Counted from the stretch's first letter, positions 17,521-26,943 are shown. The stretch is DNA of 32,000 nt from Candidatus Arthromitus sp. SFB-rat-Yit (GCF_000283555.1 NC_016012.1:300001-332000); one strand, 5' to 3'. A program made the numbers and translations. Notes: generated from the letters alone by a model not told the origin.

Positions 17521-18892
17521 AGAGTATAGCACTATTAGAGAAGTTGTAGGACCACTTATGATGGTAGATGGAGTATCTGGAGTAAAATATGATGAATTGG
17601 TGGATATACAACTTGGTAATGGTGAAAAAAGAAGAGGTAAGGTATTAGAAGTTAATGGATCAAAAGCTATGGTTCAGATTTTTGAAGGTTCTAGTGGGAT
17701 ATCTCCTTATACGGCTAAGTGTAAATTTTTAGCAAAACCACTGCAATTGGGCGTATCTGAAGATATGTTAGGTAGGATTTTTGATGGTATGGGTAAGCCG
17801 AAAGATAATGGTGCTGACATAATTCCTGAATTTAAGAGAGATATAAATGGAATAGCTATAAACCCTGTTGCTAGAGACTATCCATCGGAATTTATACAAA
17901 CTGGTATATCAGCAATAGATCATTTAAATACTTTAGTTAGAGGTCAGAAATTACCAGTATTCTCTGCTTCAGGATTGCCACATTCTCAATTGGCTGCACA
18001 AATTGCTAGGCAAGCAAAAGTTCTAAATTCAGATTCTAAGTTTGCTATTGTTTTTGCAGCTATGGGTATAACATTTGAGGAAGCACAGTTTTTTATAGAT
18101 GATTTTACAGAAACTGGATCTATAGATAAATCTGTATTATTTATGAATTTAGCTAATGATCCTGCTATAGAAAGAATAGCTACTCCTAAAATGGCATTAA
18201 CATGTGCAGAATATCTAGCTTATGATAAAGGAATGCATGTACTTGTTATAATGACCGATATGACTAATTATGCAGAGGCTCTTAGGGAAGTATCTGCAGC
18301 TAGAAAAGAGGTCCCTGGAAGAAGAGGATATCCTGGATATTTGTATACTGATTTATCTAATATATATGAAAGAGCTGGTAGATTAAAGGGGAAGTTAGGA
18401 TCGATAACTCAGATACCTATTCTTACTATGCCGGAAGAGGATAAAACCCATCCAATTCCTGATTTGACTGGGTATATAACCGAGGGACAGATAATTTTGT
18501 CTAAGGAATTATATAAAAAGGGTATATTTCCTCCTATAGATGTATTACCTTCTTTATCTAGACTTAAAGATAAGGGAATTGGTAAAGGTAAAACAAGAGA
18601 GGATCATGCAGATACTATGAATCAATTATTTTCTGCATATTCTCAAGGTAAGCAAGCTAAGGAATTATCTGCTATACTCGGAGAATCGGCATTATCAGAA
18701 GTTGATTTAAAATACGCTAAATTTGCGGAGGTATTTGAAGGTAGATATTTAAATCAAGGATTTGATGCAAATAGATCTATAGAAGAAACTTTGAAATTAG
18801 GTTGGGAATTATTGAGAATTATTCCAAAATCAGAGCTTAAAAGAATTAGAGATGAGTATTTAGATAAATACTTAGAAAAAGATCAAACTTAA
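17510..18892 (+). CDS. ntpB: V-type ATPase subunit B
   Basis: 460 aa. Motifs include [44 protein letters not shown] and [14 protein letters not shown]. The start could be TTG 17510 or GTG 17513, both after GGAGGG. Confidence 0.96.
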   Translation: MVIKEYSTIREVVGPLMMVDGVSGVKYDELVDIQLGNGEKRRGKVLEVNGSKAMVQIFEGSSGISPYTAKCKFLAKPLQLGVSEDMLGRIFDGMGKPKDNGADIIPEFKRDINGIAINPVARDYPSEFIQTGISAIDHLNTLVRGQKLPVFSASGLPHSQLAAQIARQAKVLNSDSKFAIVFAAMGITFEEAQFFIDDFTETGSIDKSVLFMNLANDPAIERIATPKMALTCAEYLAYDKGMHVLVIMTDMTNYAEALREVSAARKEVPGRRGYPGYLYTDLSNIYERAGRLKGKLGSITQIPILTMPEEDKTHPIPDLTGYITEGQIILSKELYKKGIFPPIDVLPSLSRLKDKGIGKGKTREDHADTMNQLFSAYSQGKQAKELSAILGESALSEVDLKYAKFAEVFEGRYLNQGFDANRSIEETLKLGWELLRIIPKSELKRIRDEYLDKYLEKDQT

Positions 18893-18905
18893 GGATGATT
18901 TTGAT

Positions 18906-19538
18906 ATGAGTAGATTAAATGTTAATCCTACGAGAATGGAGTTAACGAAATTAAAAAAGAGATTATCTGTAGCTGTTAGAGGATATAAACTTTTAAAAGA
19001 TAAACAAGATGAATTAATAAGAAAATTTATAATACTTGTAAAATATAATAGTGATCTTAGAAAAAAGGTTGAAAATAAATTATCTGATTCTTTTAAGTAT
19101 TTTGTAATATCTCGTGGAATTTTAGGAAATGAATTTTTAGATGAAGCCATAGTATATTCATCTAATAAAGTTGAATTAGATATTGTTGTTAAAAATATAA
19201 TGAGTGTTAATGTTCCAGTTTTAAAGTTTGATAATGTTTTTAATCATTTGGATTCTATTCGATATGGATTATTTAATACTAATTCTGAACTCGATAGATC
19301 TATTATAAATTTGAGATTTGTATTTTCTGAATTACTTGAGTTAGCAGAGGTAGAGAAATCAACTCAGCTTTTAGCAAATGAAATAGAAAAAACTAGACGT
19401 AGAGTAAATGCATTAGAATATAAGACTATACCAGATTTGAAAGAAACAATAAAGTACATTAGAATGAAGTTAGATGAGAATGAAAGAGGAGCACTAATAA
19501 GGTTGATGAAGGTTAAGGATATAATTAATGATAGATAA
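18906..19538 (+). CDS. ntpD: V-type ATPase central-stalk subunit D
   Basis: 210 aa. N-terminus [17 protein letters not shown] and C-terminal region RRVNALE are typical of subunit D. Confidence 0.92.
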   Translation: MSRLNVNPTRMELTKLKKRLSVAVRGYKLLKDKQDELIRKFIILVKYNSDLRKKVENKLSDSFKYFVISRGILGNEFLDEAIVYSSNKVELDIVVKNIMSVNVPVLKFDNVFNHLDSIRYGLFNTNSELDRSIINLRFVFSELLELAEVEKSTQLLANEIEKTRRRVNALEYKTIPDLKETIKYIRMKLDENERGALIRLMKVKDIINDR

Positions 19539-19574
19539 CAGTAAGAGACCACTTATAAGTGGTCTCTTACTGTT
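19537..19574 (+). terminator. Operon terminator: perfect 38-nt palindrome
   Basis: AACAGTAAGAGACCACTTATAAGTGGTCTCTTACTGTT begins inside the ntpD stop codon. It is the most GC-rich hairpin in the window. Only a weak T-tract follows. Confidence 0.8.
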
Positions 19575-19626
19575 ATTATAAATTTTTTATGTATAGATTA
19601 TTTTGAGGTTATGATAAAGATTTAGA

Positions 19627-20160
19627 ATGGTTAATAAATTAAAATTTAATAATAGATTGATTCTTATTTTATTATGGATAATTTTTATAATTATACTACC
19701 TATTTATTTTGCTAATTTTGTGTCTAAAAATATATTTTTTATAACTGTAACTTCTAATTCTATGTATCCAACAGTTAATGAAGGTGATTGGTTGATAGTT
19801 TACAAAAATTATAGAAATATTAATCGAAATGATATGATTGTATTTTATTCAAATGAATTAAATAAAAATATTATTAAAAGAGTTGTAGCTATACCTGGGG
19901 ATACTATAACTATAGATGGAAGTTTAAATCTTTTTGTTAATGGAGAAAAAGCCATTGATTCTAAATATATTGTTAATAGTAATTATCAGAGGTATGAACA
20001 ATTTGTTGTTCCAGACAAATCATATTTTGTAATAGGAGATAATTTAGGAAATTCATTTGATTCTAGATTTTGGGATAATAAGTTTATATATAGTGATTTA
20101 ATATTAGGACGTGTAGTTAGTTTATTTTACCCTATTAAGAGATTCAAATTATTTGGATAG
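19627..20160 (+). CDS. lepB: Signal peptidase I
   Basis: 177 aa with an N-terminal TM anchor. Catalytic Ser box SNSMYPT, Lys box KRVVAIPGD, and box E GDNLGNSFDSR. Confidence 0.92.
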   Translation: MVNKLKFNNRLILILLWIIFIIILPIYFANFVSKNIFFITVTSNSMYPTVNEGDWLIVYKNYRNINRNDMIVFYSNELNKNIIKRVVAIPGDTITIDGSLNLFVNGEKAIDSKYIVNSNYQRYEQFVVPDKSYFVIGDNLGNSFDSRFWDNKFIYSDLILGRVVSLFYPIKRFKLFG

Positions 20161-20264
20161 ATTGATTATTTGATAAAAGTTACATATGTATTTTATTTTT
20201 AATTAACTATAATATAAATTTTTCATATTATATATAAATTAATAAAAGAATTAGGGGTTATATT

Positions 20265-21341
20265 ATGACTTATGCTTTGATATTGGCAGGAGGAAAAGGA
20301 TTGCGATTATATCCGCTCTCAAGGGAAAATAGACCAAAACAGTTCTTAAATATAATAGGGAATAAAAGTTTATTATATAATACCCTTTCTAGAGTTTCTA
20401 AAATAATTAATAATGATAGAATATATATTATTACTAATAAGGATTTTAAAAAAAATATTATTTCGGAATCTTCAGATTTTATAGATGAATCTAATATAAT
20501 TATAGAACCTTACAATAGAGAAACTGCTGTATGCATTGCTTTAGCTGCAGTAAATTTGTTAAAAAAAGATAAAGATGCTAATATTTTAATATTTCCTTCA
20601 GACCACTATATAGAAGAATGTGAAAAATTTTATAAAGTTATGAATTATGCTATTGATGCATCTGATAAAAAAAGAGCTATTATTATGATAGGAATTAAAC
20701 CTAATATACCTAATACTGGATATGGATATATAAAAATTGGAGATAGAGTGACTTCTAAATATGATTTTAACATTCATGGAGTGGAAAATTTTATAGAAAA
20801 ACCGAATTTAGAAATAGCAAAAAAGTTTATATTATCAGGTAATTATTTATGGAATAGTGGTATTTTTTGTTTTAGAGCTGATATATATTTAGGAGAGCTT
20901 GAAAAATATTTGCCTAATATATATAGTTCGATGATGGAAATATATAAAACTGATACAAAAGAAAATCAGGATACTGTTATAGATAATATTTATTCTGGAT
21001 TAGAAGGTATTTCTATAGATTTTGGTATTATGCAAAAAACTAGGAAGGCATATGTTATTGAAGGATTATTTGAGTGGTATGATATAGGAAGTTTTACATC
21101 TTTTAAGAAATTTTTATCTCAATATGATACTAATTTCACTGTAGGTAATATTTTATGTGAAGAAAGTAAAAATTGTATTATTTTTGGCAATGATAATTTA
21201 ACGATTACTTTTGGAGTTAAGGATCTAATCATTGTTAATACTGATGATGTTACTTTGATTTTAGATAAGAATAGAGAACAAGAAGTGAAATATATTTCAA
21301 ATATTTTAAGGAATGCAAGGAATTTTGATAAATTTATATAA
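20265..21341 (+). CDS. manC: Mannose-1-phosphate guanylyltransferase (nucleotidyltransferase domain only, no PMI/cupin domain)
   Basis: 358 aa. N-terminal LILAGGKGLRLYPLSRENRPKQF pyrophosphorylase signature, with GYGYI and FIEKP further in. Confidence 0.8.
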   Translation: MTYALILAGGKGLRLYPLSRENRPKQFLNIIGNKSLLYNTLSRVSKIINNDRIYIITNKDFKKNIISESSDFIDESNIIIEPYNRETAVCIALAAVNLLKKDKDANILIFPSDHYIEECEKFYKVMNYAIDASDKKRAIIMIGIKPNIPNTGYGYIKIGDRVTSKYDFNIHGVENFIEKPNLEIAKKFILSGNYLWNSGIFCFRADIYLGELEKYLPNIYSSMMEIYKTDTKENQDTVIDNIYSGLEGISIDFGIMQKTRKAYVIEGLFEWYDIGSFTSFKKFLSQYDTNFTVGNILCEESKNCIIFGNDNLTITFGVKDLIIVNTDDVTLILDKNREQEVKYISNILRNARNFDKFI

Positions 21342-21360
21342 TAATATTTATAAGAGGTAA

Positions 21361-22023
21361 ATGAATTTGAAAAAAGAAAGGGTAGTGTTAAAAACAGCAT
21401 TTAAAGATGATAAAGAAAAAACGACAATAGATATTGGAAAATTAAAGAGTTTAGCTGTAAATGAAGTAAAGATTAATTCTAGATATTTTGCATGTGTAAA
21501 TGTTAATACTGATAACTTATATAGAGGTTTAATTTTAAATAATCCTATAATTGATGTTATTATCAATGACAGTTATATTCAAATAAGTGGACTTGTAGTA
21601 GGTAAAACTTATGAAAATATGATTCTAACATTAGAATATATAAATGGTAATAAAATGTATTTATTAGAAACTTTTACTTTAAGTAGTTCTGATAAATTAT
21701 CTGAATATATATGTAAAAATTATAAATTAGCATTTAAAAAAGATATTGATGAGGAGGAATTTAATGATTGGTATTTTAAGATACAAAAGGATAACGGTGA
21801 AATAAAGGGGTTTATATCTAAAATATTAGATAATACTACTGCTTTAAATTTAGATGAATTTATAAATTTGATATATGGGTTAATTTTTGGCAAGGATATA
21901 GATAGTGAATCATTTAATAATTATTGGAAAGATTTCTATGAACGTGAGATTAGAGATGGTAAATCTGAAAGAAGTATTAAATTAAGCATCATGGATAAAA
22001 TTTTTTATTCCAAACTCATGTAA
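21361..22023 (+). CDS. Hypothetical protein with two C-terminal DUF4214-like repeats
   Basis: 220 aa with SD AGAGGT. The segments YICKNYKLAFKKDIDEEEFNDWYFKI and FINLIYGLIFGKDIDSESFNNYWKDF resemble the DUF4214 pattern (hydrophobic-x-LY-x3-LgR-x-D-x3-x-x-W). The match is from memory only. Confidence 0.55.
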   Translation: MNLKKERVVLKTAFKDDKEKTTIDIGKLKSLAVNEVKINSRYFACVNVNTDNLYRGLILNNPIIDVIINDSYIQISGLVVGKTYENMILTLEYINGNKMYLLETFTLSSSDKLSEYICKNYKLAFKKDIDEEEFNDWYFKIQKDNGEIKGFISKILDNTTALNLDEFINLIYGLIFGKDIDSESFNNYWKDFYEREIRDGKSERSIKLSIMDKIFYSKLM

Positions 22024-22061
22024 AAATATATTTGCTATATAAAACTTATTGGAGGAAAGAA

Positions 22062-22729
22062 ATGGATAACGTAATAAACCCATCAATTTTATCAGCAAAT
22101 TTTATTAATTTAGAAAAAGATTTATATCAATTAAAAGAAAGTGGAATAAATAAGATACATGTTGATATTATGGATGGTCATTTTGTACCTAATATAGCTT
22201 TTGGTATTGATCAAATAAAACAATTAAAAGAATTTACAGATTTTTATTTAGATTGTCATATTATGGCTAGTAATCCTGAAGTTATAGTAGAAAAATTAAT
22301 AGATATTTCTGTTGGATGTATAACGCTACATGAAGAATCAAGTAATCATGTTTATAAATTTATACAGGAAATAAAAAAAATAATATTGATTGTGGTGTAG
22401 CTTTAAATCCAGGCACATCTATTTATAATATTATAGATTTATTAGATATAGTTGATAAAATATTGATAATGACAGTTAATCCTGGATTTGGAGGACAAAA
22501 ATTTATAGAACATATGATTAGAAAGATAACATTATTAAATGATATGATAAATGAATATAATATTAAAGATAAAATTATACAAGTAGATGGTGGAATTAAA
22601 GCCTCTAATATCGATATAATATACGATTTAGGAGTTAGGGATATAGTTGTAGGTTCAGATATTTTTAATGATAAACCAATTTATGATAATCTAAATAGAT
22701 TAAAAAATAAGATAAGTCGACTTATTTAG
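22062..22729 (+). pseudogene. rpe: Ribulose-phosphate 3-epimerase interrupted by one frameshift in an A8 run
   Basis: N-terminal part (22062-22400, frame 0): MDNVINPSILSANF...HVDIMDGHFVPNI...CHIMASNP...IQEIKK. C-terminal part (frame 2): NNIDCGVALNPGTS...LIMTVNPGFGGQKF...QVDGGI. The switch occurs at the A8 run, 22373-22380. One extra A restores a full-length Rpe of about 222 aa. Confidence 0.9.
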
Positions 22730-22748
22730 GTTGACTTATCTTATTTTT
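22709..22748 (+). terminator. Rho-independent terminator after rpe
   Basis: AAGATAAGTCGAC (22709-22721) pairs with GTTGACTTATCTT (22730-22742, one G-U), followed by ATTTTT. Confidence 0.8.
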
Positions 22749-22805
22749 GTATATAAAGTTTTAAAAATGAAATAATCTATATTAAAATAGGAGGTAAGTA
22801 TATTT

Positions 22806-23357
22806 TTGACTAAATATTTTTTTGTTATAGTAATGGTTTTTTTAATTAATAAGTTATTAGTTTTTATTAGATCATATCTTGAAAATAGATTTAAAAATAA
22901 CTTAAAAACAAGATCTATAATTAGTAGGAGGGATTTAATAAATTATGGGGTAGATTATTACTTATTGTTATGTAAATATATAGTATCCAAAATGAAAAAC
23001 GTAGATGATATCATTATTGAAGATATTACCGGTAGGGAAGTTGTAGATATAAAGTTTAATCAAAATGGCAAAAAAGTATACTGCTCGTGCATATTGAAAG
23101 ATGTATTAGAAAATGGAGATATTAATTTAGCTACATATGATGAAGTATTGGAATTAATAAATTATATGATTAGGGATAATGTAAATAAAGGTATAATATT
23201 TGTTAATTCTAATCTTATGGACGATGCAATTAGATTTGTAAATAATATAAATTTAAATTCTAATAAGTATATAATAGATATAATAAATGGATATGATATA
23301 ATTAAATTTGCACGCAAACGAAATGAAGAATATACTGAGGGGAGCGTATATGCTTAA
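22806..23357 (+). CDS. Membrane-anchored protein with Mrr-cat (PD-(D/E)xK restriction-endonuclease-like) domain layout
   Basis: 183 aa. N-terminal TM helix (FFVIVMVFLINKLLVFI). Then the Mrr-type order: helix YYLLLCKYIVSKM, VVDI, YCSCILK, ATYDEVLELINYM, GIIFVNSNLMDDAIRFV, IIDIINGYDI. The assignment is motif-based. TTG start 10 nt after AGGAGG. Confidence 0.55.
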   Translation: MTKYFFVIVMVFLINKLLVFIRSYLENRFKNNLKTRSIISRRDLINYGVDYYLLLCKYIVSKMKNVDDIIIEDITGREVVDIKFNQNGKKVYCSCILKDVLENGDINLATYDEVLELINYMIRDNVNKGIIFVNSNLMDDAIRFVNNINLNSNKYIIDIINGYDIIKFARKRNEEYTEGSVYA

Positions 23358-23835
23358 TTTTTATGGAGTTTTAATATTTATATGTGTATTAATTATGTTA
23401 CCAATTTTACTTAATATATTTGATAACTTACTTAATATATTTAAAATATTAAATAATAAAGTATTTATATTAAATAAGGTTTTAGAATTTAATGATTTAG
23501 AGTTCTCCGACTTTGCGTTGGATTTTTTAACTCGAGCATATAATTATAAATTTGAAATTAAAAATAATGATATATATTTATATGATGATATTTGTAAATG
23601 GTTGTTGTATTATGATAATAGAAATTCAAATATATTAAATTTACATGATATTAGAAATATAATTGCTATTTTTGAGAGTAAAGGATGTAAAAATATATTT
23701 ATTTTTACGACAAGCATTATAAGCGATAGTATTAGAAGTTATTTAGATAGTATGAATGATTATAAGTTTAAGATTATTCATGGAGAAGATTTTAAATTAG
23801 ATTATAATCAGTTAGTTAGTAAATTTTATTGTTAG
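23350..23835 (+). CDS. Membrane-anchored Mrr-cat-like paralogue that appears to lack the catalytic Lys motif
   Basis: 161 aa from the ATG at 23350 (SD GAGGGGAG), overlapping the upstream stop by 8 nt. TM helix FYGVLIFICVLIMLPILL. Then FSDFALDFLTRAY, DIYLYDD, LNLHDIRNIIAIF, NIFIFTTSIISDSIRSYL and KIIHGEDF, the same layout as the upstream gene. Confidence 0.55.
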   Translation: MLNFYGVLIFICVLIMLPILLNIFDNLLNIFKILNNKVFILNKVLEFNDLEFSDFALDFLTRAYNYKFEIKNNDIYLYDDICKWLLYYDNRNSNILNLHDIRNIIAIFESKGCKNIFIFTTSIISDSIRSYLDSMNDYKFKIIHGEDFKLDYNQLVSKFYC

Positions 23836-23938
23836 AATATTTGTACTTATTTTATTTTTAAATAGTGTAAAATTAGTTGGTCGTATTTATGATGAATAAA
23901 TTTAGAAATTGATATTTACTATTAGAGGAGGTTATATA

Positions 23939-24565
23939 ATGATTTCTAGCAAAATATCTAAGGTAGTAATAAAAAGATTACCTAAGTATTTGAGAGTTTT
24001 AGAGGGTTTTTTGATAAGGGAGATTGAGAGGGTATCATCTAAAGAACTTGCAATTAAATTGGGTTCTACAGCATCTCAAGTTAGGCAAGATTTTAATTGT
24101 TTTGGAGATTTTGGACAACATGGATATGGATATAAAGTAAAGGAATTATATTTAAAAATTAAGGAAATATTGGGTTTAAATAAAAAGTATAGTTGTATTG
24201 TCGTAGGTGCTGGTAATATAGGACAAGCTATTATGAATTATTCTAAATTTTTTACTATGGGTTTTAATATAGAAGCTATATTTGATATAAATCCTAAGAT
24301 TATTGGATTATCTTTTAGAGAAGTTGAGGTATTGGATGTAGAATTATTGATTGACTATGTAAAAAATAATAAAATTGATCTAGCTATATTATGTATACCT
24401 GAGCTTCAAGTAGAATCTATATATACAATATTAAAAGATAGAGTGACTGGGATTTGGAATTTTGCAACGGTTGATTTACTATCTACTGAAAAAACATTTG
24501 TTGAAAATGTAAATTTAAATGATAGTTTATTTACGTTGACATACTTTATAAATAATGGAGTTTAA
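23939..24565 (+). CDS. rex: Redox-sensing transcriptional repressor Rex
   Basis: Winged-helix N-terminus (RLPKYLRVLE...ISSKELA...SQVRQDF..FG..G.GY) and Rossmann motif VVGAGNIGQA. The ATG at 23939 follows AGAGGAGG. Confidence 0.93.
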   Translation: MISSKISKVVIKRLPKYLRVLEGFLIREIERVSSKELAIKLGSTASQVRQDFNCFGDFGQHGYGYKVKELYLKIKEILGLNKKYSCIVVGAGNIGQAIMNYSKFFTMGFNIEAIFDINPKIIGLSFREVEVLDVELLIDYVKNNKIDLAILCIPELQVESIYTILKDRVTGIWNFATVDLLSTEKTFVENVNLNDSLFTLTYFINNGV

Positions 24566-24586
24566 ATATAAATAATGGAGTTTAAA
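24547..24586 (+). repeat. Perfect 20-bp tandem duplication (TATAAATAATGGAGTTTAAA x2) spanning the rex stop and the ogg start
   Basis: Read directly: copy 1 at 24547-24566 encodes the Rex C-terminus INNGV plus its stop. Copy 2 at 24567-24586 supplies the ogg ATG (24575) and codons MEFK. Confidence 0.95.
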
Positions 24587-25450
24587 AATTATAGTTGTAT
24601 AGATAATAGAGTAATTGTAGAGAAAATAGAAAACTTTGTATTAAAACATATATTTGAAAATGGTCAGTGTTTCAGATGGGAACGTACTGATACAGGTACA
24701 TATATTGTTGTTGCAAAAGAAAGAGTTATAGAATTAGAAATGGATAATTTTAATTTAATTATACATAATTCAAATTTAGAAGATTTTGAAAATATTTGGA
24801 TAGATTATTTTGATTTTGAAAGAAATTATTCGAAGTTAAAGAAAAATTTAAAGCAGGATAAATACTTATATGAAGCTATTAATTTTGGATATGGTCTTAG
24901 AATATTGAATCAAGATCCATTTGAAATGATTTTATCTTTTATAATTTCATCTAATAATAGGATACCTATGATAAAAAAGGCTATATCAAATATTAGTGAA
25001 AGATATGGTGATTCTATTTCATATAAAGGTAAAATATATTATAAATTTCCAAGTTTAGATAAATTGTCTACTGTGACTCAAGAGGAATTAAGAGAATGTG
25101 GTGTTGGATTTAGAGATAAATACTTGTATAATACTATCAAATTACTCAGTGAAGAGAATGATATTGAATATATTATGAATTTAGGTGATGATTTATGTCA
25201 TAAAGAATTACAAAAATTTAATGGTGTTGGAGTCAAAGTAGCTGATTGTATAATGTTGTTTTCTATGAAAAAATATTCAGCATTTCCAGTTGATGTTTGG
25301 GTAAAAAGGGCTATGATGAAATTTTATGTAGCACCAGATACTTCATTAAAGGGTATACGTGATTTTGGAAGAAATTTATTTAAAGATTTAAGTGGGCTTG
25401 CCCAGCAATATTTATTTTATTATGTAAGAGAAAATAATATAAAAATTTAA
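24575..25450 (+). CDS. ogg: 8-oxoguanine DNA glycosylase/AP lyase, Ogg1 type (clostridial Ogg)
   Basis: 291 aa. N-terminal GQCFRWER motif. HhH-GPD region LQKFNGVGVKVADCIMLF carries the catalytic Lys, and FPVDVWVKR carries the Asp. Confidence 0.88.
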   Translation: MEFKNYSCIDNRVIVEKIENFVLKHIFENGQCFRWERTDTGTYIVVAKERVIELEMDNFNLIIHNSNLEDFENIWIDYFDFERNYSKLKKNLKQDKYLYEAINFGYGLRILNQDPFEMILSFIISSNNRIPMIKKAISNISERYGDSISYKGKIYYKFPSLDKLSTVTQEELRECGVGFRDKYLYNTIKLLSEENDIEYIMNLGDDLCHKELQKFNGVGVKVADCIMLFSMKKYSAFPVDVWVKRAMMKFYVAPDTSLKGIRDFGRNLFKDLSGLAQQYLFYYVRENNIKI

Positions 25451-25534
25451 ATAATATTGCTTGTTTTAAAACTTTTTTAGATAATAAAACTGTCATTATT
25501 TATGTAAGATGATTAAATTGAGAGGTATATAAAA

Positions 25535-26914
25535 ATGAGTAAAAGTAAAATATTATCTTTAGGGTTGGCTAGTTCCTTATTTATGTTTGGTATGAATTTA
25601 AATGCTAATGCTGTTGGTAATAGTGGAATTGTATTTGAATTAAAGGATAATAAATTGGATGAAATTGAAGGATATAGTAAAATAGATATATTAGGAAGTG
25701 AATATGATTTAGTTGATGTAAATAGTGCAGTTATACAAGCTATTGCTAAGATGTTTGATATAATAAATGAGAATAGTATACCTAGTGATAAAATTGATGA
25801 ATATAAGAAAGAAATTAAGTATTTATTAGATGATTATAATAAGGATCCTAAAAAATATGAAACGTTTCCAATGACGTTAGAAATTGGTCCTGCTACTTTT
25901 TTGAGAGATGAAATAATTATTGTACAAAATAAAATTAAAGATTTAAGAATAGAACAAGATAATATAAAGATAAGTGATAATGATCAAAGTTATATAGATC
26001 AAAAAATTAATGAATTGCAAAGAATTATAGATAGTTTATCTAATTGGATAAATTATTCTGTAGTTAATTTTAAATCATCAGAATATAAGCAGACGTTTAC
26101 TGAGGATTTATTTAAAACAAATGAAACTGATGTTCGACAGTTAATTAGTATAATTTGTACTGATAGAGAATATAAAGATGTTTATTCTATTAGGGTAAAT
26201 TCTGATGGTAGTTTTAGTGTAGATGGAAAAGAAATTTCAGATTTGAGTGATATTATTAAAAATGGACTGGAATATGAAAATTTGAAGATAAGAAATCTTA
26301 ATAAAGAAATAGAGATGGTTAAATCATCTAAAATATCTACCATTGATCAAGATAATATAATAAATGAATTAAATAAACAAATTGAAAATGTTAAAGCGTA
26401 TTCTTTAGGGCAAGAGATTATATTATTAAATCTAGAGATAGATTCAATTAAGAGTTCGAAATTAAGTATAGAAGCTATTAATGCGAGAGTAGAAGAATTA
26501 ATTAGTAATATTAAGGTAAAATTAGAAAGTTTGAAAAATCATAATATCAATCCTGAATATGTGATTAAAGATTTTGAGATTGGAAAAGCACCTGTGTATT
26601 TTGGTTATGTTTTAGAAGGTGAAAATGGTTTCTCTATAAAATTAAGTTTAGATTCTAATTCTAAAATATTTGTTGAAAATGTAATTGGTGATGGATATGA
26701 ATTTACAGATGATCAAAGAAATATGTTAAGAAATATATTAATTCAAAAAATCGATGATAGTACAAAAAAAATTAGTGAATTTAAAAATAAGAAATTAGAA
26801 ATTTTAGAAGGTTTAAATGAGAATAAGTATTATTTGGTTAATTCTATAGAAAAGGATATTGCTGTATTAGAAAATGATATTTCAAATTATAAAATAATGA
26901 TTGCTCAAATTTAA
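25535..26914 (+). CDS. Secreted hypothetical protein rich in coiled-coil-like segments
   Basis: 459 aa. Sec signal peptide MSKSKILSLGLASSLFMFGMNLNANA with an AxA-type cleavage site and no lipobox Cys. It contains long heptad-like charged stretches and an internal repeat motif (VKSSKISTIDQ / IKSSKLSIEAI). Confidence 0.65.
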   Translation: MSKSKILSLGLASSLFMFGMNLNANAVGNSGIVFELKDNKLDEIEGYSKIDILGSEYDLVDVNSAVIQAIAKMFDIINENSIPSDKIDEYKKEIKYLLDDYNKDPKKYETFPMTLEIGPATFLRDEIIIVQNKIKDLRIEQDNIKISDNDQSYIDQKINELQRIIDSLSNWINYSVVNFKSSEYKQTFTEDLFKTNETDVRQLISIICTDREYKDVYSIRVNSDGSFSVDGKEISDLSDIIKNGLEYENLKIRNLNKEIEMVKSSKISTIDQDNIINELNKQIENVKAYSLGQEIILLNLEIDSIKSSKLSIEAINARVEELISNIKVKLESLKNHNINPEYVIKDFEIGKAPVYFGYVLEGENGFSIKLSLDSNSKIFVENVIGDGYEFTDDQRNMLRNILIQKIDDSTKKISEFKNKKLEILEGLNENKYYLVNSIEKDIAVLENDISNYKIMIAQI

Positions 26915-26943
26915 ATAAGACTCTTTTAGAGTCTTATTTTTTT
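26915..26943 (+). terminator. Rho-independent terminator
   Basis: ATAAGACTCT (26915-26924) pairs with AGAGTCTTAT (26928-26937), followed by a T-run. Confidence 0.85.

Noticed and set aside
22032-22061. N-terminal extensions offered by the ORF track (for example 22032 for rpe, 780 for clpX, 3333, 14402, 23308, 23909, 26986, 27832, 29388, and the 29249 end of the sdpR-like gene)
   Set aside because: In each case an internal ATG or GTG sits 5-10 nt after a GGAGG-type SD and matches the usual family N-terminus. The upstream start lacks an SD or would overlap the neighbouring gene extensively.
23836-23938. Rex operator (TTGTTAA-N4-TTAACAA type) upstream of rex or of the V-ATPase and other operons
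   Set aside because: I scanned occurrences of TTGTTAA and TTAACAA by eye (for example 4921, 19931, 19970, 21231, 14110, 14150, 14260). None has the partner half-site at the right spacing, and none is in a promoter region.
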